Positions 7,756 to 13,501 of a stretch of DNA of 13,501 nucleotides are shown piece after piece. Origin of the DNA: Promethearchaeia archaeon. Its GTDB lineage: Archaea > Asgardarchaeota > Lokiarchaeia > Sigyniarchaeales > SOKP01. Numbering within the stretch: the first letter of the stretch is position 1; each line of letters begins with the position of its first letter. The stretch covers positions 1 to 13,501 of the forward strand of contig JAWOFX010000024.1 of assembly GCA_046497275.1 (NCBI GenBank). The letters run 5' to 3'. The notes beneath the pieces were generated by a model. That model was given only the letters and a program-made list of their open reading frames with translations. It ran no database searches and was not told the origin of the DNA. A program made the translations under genes and the position numbers.

Positions 7756-7770
7756 AAGAATATATATAAA
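7756..7770 (+). promoter_or_regulatory. Candidate BRE/TATA promoter for the 7-TM gene
   Basis: Purine-rich AAGAA directly followed by TATATATAAA, about 60-80 nt upstream of the candidate starts. The AT-rich background limits specificity. Confidence 0.35.
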
Positions 7771-7827
7771 TAGGATTAATAAAATTAGATAATTAAAAAT
7801 TAATCGCAATTTGTCTATATTTAAGAG

Positions 7828-8724
7828 TTGAATCGAATGGTATTTACTATGTTTCAAGGTGATCCCTTCACTAATTTTGGATTTTATGATAGTATAGAAT
7901 TGGGGCTCTATATGGTTATTGTTGGTTATTTCTTCTTAATTTTTGCATACTTTCTAATAATGAGATTTAGAATATCAAAAAAATCATATTGGTTCTTTTT
8001 CTCCTTACTTTTCATCGCGTTAGCCGCATCTAGAGTCTTTTTCATAATATATGATTTTTATATTCCAGAAATAGATAACCCATCAATAACGACTGATGAT
8101 GAATTTGTAGTAGCGACATTTATGATAATTTTTCGATTTGCTACCTTTTCTACATGGATGGCAACAACGTGTTTAATGGGGATGTTAGGCATTTTATTAT
8201 TACCACCAGACACTAAGTTTGAAAAGAAACCTACTGAAGACAGCGATAATAAGATATTGAAGTTATTTTATGCAAATATGGATTATATAAAATATTTTTT
8301 AAGGTTTTTATTGATGCTCTGTCCAATTATTTTGAGTATATTAGCATTTACTTTACCAGATGGAGTTTTTATTGAGAAGTCGATTGTAGATAATTATTCT
8401 ACCTCAATAACTCCAATTTATATTAATATTGCTGGATGGGAATATCCCGTTGGGCGGTTCATATTTAATTTTATATTTCAACCCTTATTCGTTGCAATTA
8501 TTCCGTTTATTTTTCTTTATCTCGCGTGGAAAACATATGGCGTTCTTAGAAGATCATATCTTCTTAATGGAATTGGATTTCTAATCTATTATGTAGGGAG
8601 AATCGTAAGAGGCTTATTTGAGGTTATTAATTGGCCAAATGTTCAATCTTTTGTCCCTCCCTTATTAATTTTATTGTCATTACTCCTAATAGTTATAGCA
8701 AATAGTTTTGAGGCTTTAAGATAA
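7828..8724 (+). CDS. Polytopic membrane protein with 7 predicted TM helices and no cytoplasmic output domain
   Basis: Seven hydrophobic segments: LGLYMVIVGYFFLIFAYFLIM; YWFFFSLLFIALAASRVFFIIY; ATFMIIFRFATFSTWMATTCLMGMLGILLL; YFLRFLLMLCPIILSILAFTL; FIFNFIFQPLFVAIIPFIFLYLAW; YLLNGIGFLIYYVGRIVRGLF; FVPPLLILLSLLLIVIANSF. The start is uncertain (TTG 7828, ATG 7837 or ATG 7849). Confidence 0.8.
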   Translation: MNRMVFTMFQGDPFTNFGFYDSIELGLYMVIVGYFFLIFAYFLIMRFRISKKSYWFFFSLLFIALAASRVFFIIYDFYIPEIDNPSITTDDEFVVATFMIIFRFATFSTWMATTCLMGMLGILLLPPDTKFEKKPTEDSDNKILKLFYANMDYIKYFLRFLLMLCPIILSILAFTLPDGVFIEKSIVDNYSTSITPIYINIAGWEYPVGRFIFNFIFQPLFVAIIPFIFLYLAWKTYGVLRRSYLLNGIGFLIYYVGRIVRGLFEVINWPNVQSFVPPLLILLSLLLIVIANSFEALR

Positions 8725-8805
8725 GAATTATTTTTAAGATCTCTACTCTAACTTTATCTTTTTTAATATTTTTCGATAGAAAGAGTTTAAAATATGAGTT
8801 CCTAT

Positions 8806-8813
8806 TTTATAAA
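8806..8813 (+). promoter_or_regulatory. Candidate TATA box for the coiled-coil/GNAT genes
   Basis: TTTATAAA ends 27 nt before the ATG at 8840, a spacing typical of a short-leader archaeal transcript. A T-rich possible terminator for the upstream gene lies at about 8757-8773. Confidence 0.45.
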
Positions 8814-8839
8814 TATTGAAATAAGATTAGGGAAAAATT

Positions 8840-10480
8840 ATGTCGATCCATGGTAACCAGTATCTATTACCTTTATTTATGAAAGAGGAAACTCAAGTTC
8901 CTTTTTTACAAGATGATGATGAATTAACATTGGCTTTTTATTTAATATTAAAAGACTTAAAGAAGAACCATAAAGTATTATCATTTTCTAGATTGTTGTG
9001 GCCATTATTGTCCATTCCAGGAACAATTTCCACTCATATTTTCTTAGATGGAGTGAAAATCTTTTCAAAAAAGGGAAAATTTACAAACCCTCCACGTCAA
9101 CCTTTAATCGGTCATATTCTGAGAAATGTAGATAATTTATCTAAGATTGGACAATTAGAAAGAATTAAAAGCGTTTTAAGCTATGAGGATCAAGAAGCAG
9201 AAGAATTGGGAAAAGGAGAGGAGTCAGAATATCAACCCTTTGAAATTCCATCCTTGATAAATCCTAGATTCTTGAATACGCTTGAAATGTTAATTCCTCA
9301 ATTGCAGTATAGCCCTATTGAAGAATATATGCCATTAGATACTCCGCTATCGACTGAAGAAGCACTAAATATTTCTGAAAAATACCGTAATATTATTGAG
9401 ACTTTGAAAGGAAATGCTCACAGATGGGAAACGCAAATTGAATTGATTGGGGATAAAGTTGATAAGTGGTTAACTGAATTGAATGTGGATCTTAAAGACA
9501 TAGAATCACGCTATCAATCTAAAATCAAAAAAACTTCTTCAGCTATTGATAACCAACAAGTAAATGAAAAAATCAATTTGGAACAAGATAAAATAGAGCA
9601 ATGGAAGCTTAATGAGAAAAAACGCCTTATTGATAATTTAGCAAATCAATTCACCACCTTAGATCGCCATCTTGAAAATATACTAAAAAAAAATAGATTT
9701 TATAGCAATAGTGATATTTTAAAGAGAAAATCTTTTGAAGATTTAATTCCAAGTATTGATCGTCATTTTTCGTTTTTAGATGAGAATTTAACCCATTTAA
9801 GTTCGGATATTATCGATATACAAGAAAAGTTTGAAGAAATTAAACAAGAAGTTGCCAAAATTGACAATGAAGCAGAAATAAAATTAAACCAGACTAAAAC
9901 TACTTTGGATGAGAAATTATTGACCAGAGATCAGAGAATTTCAGAATTTCAATCAGAACAGCAACAGAAGATTGAGGAGATTAATAAAAGACGAGAGCGG
10001 ATCGAGATTTTGTTTCAGGAAGTTAAGAGAATAATATACCAGAAGAAACAAGACTGTTTGAATGAAGCAGAAGAACTTAAAAAATGGTCGTTAAATGATA
10101 ATGACAAAGAATTCTTTGCTAAACCCATTAGATGGATCTATATGCCTTTTTATGCTATGTTTGTTGAAGATGAAGAAATGATGGAAGAGCATATGAAGAT
10201 AATACTTCCGGGCTATGTTCTAAATGATAAAAATAGACTCTATAATGAAGCAACAGAGGCATTGGGAAGTCTAAGGGATCTGATTAATGAAAAAATTGAA
10301 GATGATATGCGTATTAGATCGAATTTTGAGTTTGCAGTTGAAAATAAAAACCTTATAAATGATCCAACTGTGAAAAAAAAATTACAAAAAGGATTATCAT
10401 TGCTTCGGACTAAAAATGTAATCGATGAAGAAATTGATCAAAAAATTAGGTGGATGATAGAAAACTATATCCGAGATTAA
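8840..10480 (+). CDS. Hypothetical protein with a long central coiled coil and globular N- and C-terminal regions (546 aa)
   Basis: Residues ~171-417 are E/K/Q/I/L-rich heptad-like sequence nearly free of Pro/Gly. The termini have mixed alpha/beta character. No Walker A/B motif and no TM segment. Confidence 0.8.
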   Translation: MSIHGNQYLLPLFMKEETQVPFLQDDDELTLAFYLILKDLKKNHKVLSFSRLLWPLLSIPGTISTHIFLDGVKIFSKKGKFTNPPRQPLIGHILRNVDNLSKIGQLERIKSVLSYEDQEAEELGKGEESEYQPFEIPSLINPRFLNTLEMLIPQLQYSPIEEYMPLDTPLSTEEALNISEKYRNIIETLKGNAHRWETQIELIGDKVDKWLTELNVDLKDIESRYQSKIKKTSSAIDNQQVNEKINLEQDKIEQWKLNEKKRLIDNLANQFTTLDRHLENILKKNRFYSNSDILKRKSFEDLIPSIDRHFSFLDENLTHLSSDIIDIQEKFEEIKQEVAKIDNEAEIKLNQTKTTLDEKLLTRDQRISEFQSEQQQKIEEINKRRERIEILFQEVKRIIYQKKQDCLNEAEELKKWSLNDNDKEFFAKPIRWIYMPFYAMFVEDEEMMEEHMKIILPGYVLNDKNRLYNEATEALGSLRDLINEKIEDDMRIRSNFEFAVENKNLINDPTVKKKLQKGLSLLRTKNVIDEEIDQKIRWMIENYIRD

Positions 10481-10498
10481 AACTTATTTTATCTGAAT

Positions 10499-11158
10499 AT
10501 GAATCCTAAATCAAAAATCGAACTTAAAAAGAATAGAATTCGTGCCTTTTTTCATACTCTGGAAATAGAGAGGAAAGAGAAGGGGGAAATCTCTGAAGAG
10601 CTTCAAAAAGTCGAAAAGGAGGGCATGGAATACATTCAATTAAAATTACCTGTTGAAAGGATTACTGATACATTTGAAAATGATTTGAAACAAAAGATTG
10701 AAAATAAAGTTATTCGGGCAAATATACGGGAAGCTAAAGAAGAAGATTTAGATATTATAAAAGAAATTTATAATAAAGCTTGGTTAACGAGTAATACACC
10801 CTTTCGACAAATCGATGTTGATACTTTGGATAAGATTTTTAAAGACCCTGATACAATTTTTCTTATCGGAAGATTGTATGGAAAGGATGCTGCCTTTGCA
10901 ATTTTGGATTTTGAGGGTCCAAATCAAGAATACGGTACGATCGCGGGGCTCGGCGTTATTCCTAAGTTCCAAAGAAAGGGATTAGGCACAATAGTAGGAA
11001 TGGCTTGTTGGAATTATATAAAAAAAAATCACCCGAATGTTAAAGAATTACGAGCAGAAGTTTATAAGAATAATAAAGTATCCTATGGGTTCATTAAAGG
11101 ACTTGGATTTGAAGAATTTGGAAGAAAGAAATATAAGAAAGAAGATTTTGAAGATTAA
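10499..11158 (+). CDS. GNAT family N-acetyltransferase (paralog 1) with N-terminal extension
   Basis: IREAKEEDL (beta1/alpha1), acetyl-CoA-binding motif A LGVIPKFQRKGLGT, and L-x-x-EV-x-x-x-N-x-x-S-x-x-F-x-x-x-LGF (motif B). Confidence 0.9.
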   Translation: MNPKSKIELKKNRIRAFFHTLEIERKEKGEISEELQKVEKEGMEYIQLKLPVERITDTFENDLKQKIENKVIRANIREAKEEDLDIIKEIYNKAWLTSNTPFRQIDVDTLDKIFKDPDTIFLIGRLYGKDAAFAILDFEGPNQEYGTIAGLGVIPKFQRKGLGTIVGMACWNYIKKNHPNVKELRAEVYKNNKVSYGFIKGLGFEEFGRKKYKKEDFED

Positions 11159-11212
11159 TGTTAAATTATATTAACCTAATTTTTTATTCAAGTATTCATT
11201 TTTCTTATCAGA

Positions 11213-11854
11213 ATGCCAGAATCTCGAGATAACTTAAAACAAAAACGGATAAGAAATTTTTTCTTGAGCTTTGATGCTGCTTGTACCGAGGAGAATGTTC
11301 AAGAAAAAGCGGAAAAAGAAGGATTAACATACATTCAGATGAAATTACCCGTGGAGAAAATTACAGAAGAATTTGAAAATGAAATTAAAAAAAAGGTAGA
11401 AAAGAGCTTTTTAGGAGCCAAAATACGGGAGGCAAAAGAGGAGGATTTGGAAACCGTTATGAACATTCACAATCGAGCCTGGATGACAGCTAATGAACCT
11501 TTTAGACCAATAGAGCTTGAATCCTTAAAGAAGATACATGAATATCCAGAAACGGAAATTCTAATTGCTAAAGTATATGGTAATGATGGAGGATTTATAA
11601 TCCTCGACCGTGAGGGAGAGAATAATGAGATCGGCGTGATTGCGGGGCTAGGAGTTCTTCCAAATCTGCAAAGAAAGGGATTAGGGACAGTATTAGGTAT
11701 GTCCGCATGGAACTACTTCAAAAAAAAAGACGTTACTGAATTACGTTGTGAAGTTTATAAGGATAATAGTGTATCCTATGGATTTATTAAATCTTTAGGA
11801 TTTGAAGAATATGACAAAAAAACATACACCAAAGATGATTTTCTTCTAGATTAA
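11213..11854 (+). CDS. GNAT family N-acetyltransferase (paralog 2) with N-terminal extension
   Basis: IREAKEEDL, LGVLPNLQRKGLGT and LRCEVYKDNSVSYGFIKSLGF. Colinear with the preceding gene along its whole length. Confidence 0.9.
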   Translation: MPESRDNLKQKRIRNFFLSFDAACTEENVQEKAEKEGLTYIQMKLPVEKITEEFENEIKKKVEKSFLGAKIREAKEEDLETVMNIHNRAWMTANEPFRPIELESLKKIHEYPETEILIAKVYGNDGGFIILDREGENNEIGVIAGLGVLPNLQRKGLGTVLGMSAWNYFKKKDVTELRCEVYKDNSVSYGFIKSLGFEEYDKKTYTKDDFLLD

Positions 11855-11878
11855 TATTTAACATGGATTATAATAAGT

Positions 11879-13300
11879 TTATTTTATTAATGAATTGATT
11901 TTTTCATCCAAAAGTTCAATATGATAATTATCGTGAAGTTCATAATAATATTTTCTTGCAATTTCGAAATGATTTATCGCAATTTCTGTTATGTTTCCCT
12001 CAAGATAGAGATCACCTAGTTTATTGTGAATCTTCGCAATTTCCTTGTAATAATCTAAATCCATAAAGATTTCTAATGCTTGCTCATAAAAATCAATAGA
12101 TTCCATATTGTTTTTTAAATAATCATAATAGATATAGGCAATTTTAGTTTTAATCTCCCCTGTTTTAGCATCTTCTCCAAATTTATAATATATTTCGCTT
12201 GATAAATTGAAATACTCGATAGCTTTATCATAATTTTTCATAATTTCATAAAGATTTCCTAAAGCTTCAAGAATTGAGCTTTCTTTGATATTATCTTCTT
12301 CTATTTCAAAAATCCTAACAGATTCCAAGCTATTTAATAGAAAAGTTTCTGCTTTTTCAAAATTATTCCATAAAATATTTATTTTTCCTAAAAATAGATA
12401 TATTTCCCATCGCATACGAGCCTTTAAGTAGATTGATAATTGCTCTCCAACCTTTTCAATCAATTCTAAAGCATTTGTTAGATAATTATAGGATTTTTCG
12501 TAATAATTTTCACCTAAATAAAAAAATAATTTACCGTATTTTGAATAAGTTGTAATTATTCCATAGAGATCATTTTTTTCTTTGAAAAATTGATGATTAT
12601 TTTTAAGAATTTTTTTAATTCTCTCATAATCCTGCAATATAAATAGAATTTCCACAAGATTACTTGAGGATTTCACTTCTTCATACTTCATGTTTTCGTT
12701 TTCCGCTAATTCAATAGCTTTTTGATAATATATATAGGCATTTTCAATATCTTTCAATTGATAATAAGCATTTCCTATATTATTGTAAACTTGGATTAGT
12801 TTTCCATTATCTTTTAAATTTTTAAAAATATTTATTGCCCTTTTGAAATGATAGATAGAATCTTCAAAATATCCGATCTCCTCTTTGAGTAACCCAATCT
12901 CATTGTGTGTGATAGCCATTTTATTGAGATTATTTTCATTCTCAAAACTACTCAAGGCTCGTTCTAATTCTTTTAACGATTGGGATAAATCACGCTTTTT
13001 AAAATAAAGGCTGGCTTTTTCAAGAAATAAATCTCCTACACCTTCCCCATAGGGTTTTTGGTTAATTTGATCATCAATTTCAAGGATATTATTATCTATT
13101 TTATCATCTTCAATTATGTTTATATCGAAATCCCTATTCTCTTCAAATTCATAGTTCTGATCATCAATGTTTCTCTGATATTGGTGGGAAGATGATGTTG
13201 GTAATTCAGTTGGAAAGCTTGTTAATAATGGCTTATTACAATGATGACAAAAACGCCATTTCTCATCGATTGGTCTTTGGCAGTATGGACATAATTTCAT
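11879..13300 (-). CDS. Zinc-ribbon and tetratricopeptide repeat protein (473 aa)
   Basis: N-terminal CPYC-x10-CHHC zinc ribbon, a polar linker, then about 9 TPR-like repeats (e.g. YNNIGNAYYQLKDIENAYIYYQKAIEL; LGNLYEIMKNYDKAIEYFNLS). Confidence 0.9.
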   Translation of the reverse strand: MKLCPYCQRPIDEKWRFCHHCNKPLLTSFPTELPTSSSHQYQRNIDDQNYEFEENRDFDINIIEDDKIDNNILEIDDQINQKPYGEGVGDLFLEKASLYFKKRDLSQSLKELERALSSFENENNLNKMAITHNEIGLLKEEIGYFEDSIYHFKRAINIFKNLKDNGKLIQVYNNIGNAYYQLKDIENAYIYYQKAIELAENENMKYEEVKSSSNLVEILFILQDYERIKKILKNNHQFFKEKNDLYGIITTYSKYGKLFFYLGENYYEKSYNYLTNALELIEKVGEQLSIYLKARMRWEIYLFLGKINILWNNFEKAETFLLNSLESVRIFEIEEDNIKESSILEALGNLYEIMKNYDKAIEYFNLSSEIYYKFGEDAKTGEIKTKIAYIYYDYLKNNMESIDFYEQALEIFMDLDYYKEIAKIHNKLGDLYLEGNITEIAINHFEIARKYYYELHDNYHIELLDEKINSLIK

Positions 13301-13349
13301 TATTTATCATAATTTGTTATGTTTTCTAAAGATAAGAAAAAAATTTTGC

Positions 13350-13366
13350 TATATAAAAATATTCTT
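13350..13366 (-). promoter_or_regulatory. Candidate BRE/TATA promoter for the zinc-ribbon/TPR gene
   Basis: The minus strand reads AAGAATA-TTTTTATATA, a purine-rich BRE next to a consensus TTTATATA box, about 50 nt upstream of the ATG at 13300. Confidence 0.5.
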
Positions 13367-13390
13367 AATTATCAAAAAGTGCTTTTAGGT

Positions 13391-13501
13391 TCACAACTTT
13401 GAAGTTTTTTTATGATTATTTCTATATTTTTCTAAATCTTCTTGAATTTCTTGCTCATTCATCCCAAAAGAGTTTAAAAGAATTTTTAATTGTTGAATAG
13501 C
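13391..13501 (-). CDS. 3' end of an unidentified gene entering from the right edge
   Basis: The minus-strand frame is open from the edge: ...AIQQLKILLNSFGMNEQEIQEDLEKYRNNHKKTSKL, ending in TGA at 13391-13393. Composition is protein-like, but it is too short to identify. Confidence 0.55.
   Translation of the reverse strand, partial: AIQQLKILLNSFGMNEQEIQEDLEKYRNNHKKTSKL

Noticed and set aside
7828-8724. Possible microbial rhodopsin, heliorhodopsin or schizorhodopsin
   Set aside because: There is no Lys in the seventh helix for the retinal Schiff base and no DxxxK-type motif.
8840-10480. Possible SMC/Rad50 ATPase
   Set aside because: There is no Walker A (GxxGxGKS/T), Walker B, signature motif or zinc hook, and it is much shorter than SMC proteins.
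10784-10972. 62-aa minus-strand ORF
   Set aside because: It is short, antisense within GNAT paralog 1, and has no recognisable features.
13385-13393. TGA stop as possible selenocysteine read-through
   Set aside because: An in-frame TAA follows two codons later (TGA ACC TAA), so read-through would add almost nothing. No SECIS-like structure was seen.
1-13501. CRISPR arrays, tRNA/rRNA genes, IS elements, integrases or prophage genes
   Set aside because: I saw no regularly spaced repeats, no GC-rich structured RNA segments, no terminal inverted repeats and no transposase or integrase motifs. All intergenic gaps are short (under 250 bp) and AT-rich.

Overview
AT-rich (roughly 30% GC by eye), gene-dense archaeal chromosomal DNA. 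The gene content and style fit an Asgard archaeon such as Lokiarchaeia; this placement is an inference and was not computed. From left to right: (1) the 5' part of mtd, encoding F420-dependent methylene-H4MPT dehydrogenase (minus strand, truncated by the window edge, missing from the ORF track, translated by hand), divergently paired with ftr. These are two enzymes of the H4MPT C1 (Wood-Ljungdahl methyl) branch. (2) A translationally coupled pair of large membrane-anchored, sequon-rich surface proteins. One has a six-repeat (alpha/alpha)6 toroid on an Ig-like stalk; the other has cadherin-like/Ig repeats. (3) An archaeal/eukaryotic-type glycyl-tRNA synthetase with several atypical motif residues. 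(4) A stand-alone 7-TM protein. (5) A long coiled-coil protein followed by two tandem paralogous GNAT acetyltransferases. (6) A zinc-ribbon protein with 40-aa TPR repeats. (7) The 3' end of an unidentified gene at the right edge. I saw no RNA genes, CRISPR arrays or mobile elements. The best candidates for undescribed biology are the surface-protein pair, the coiled-coil/GNAT module and the divergent GlyRS. All functional hypotheses for these are unverified.
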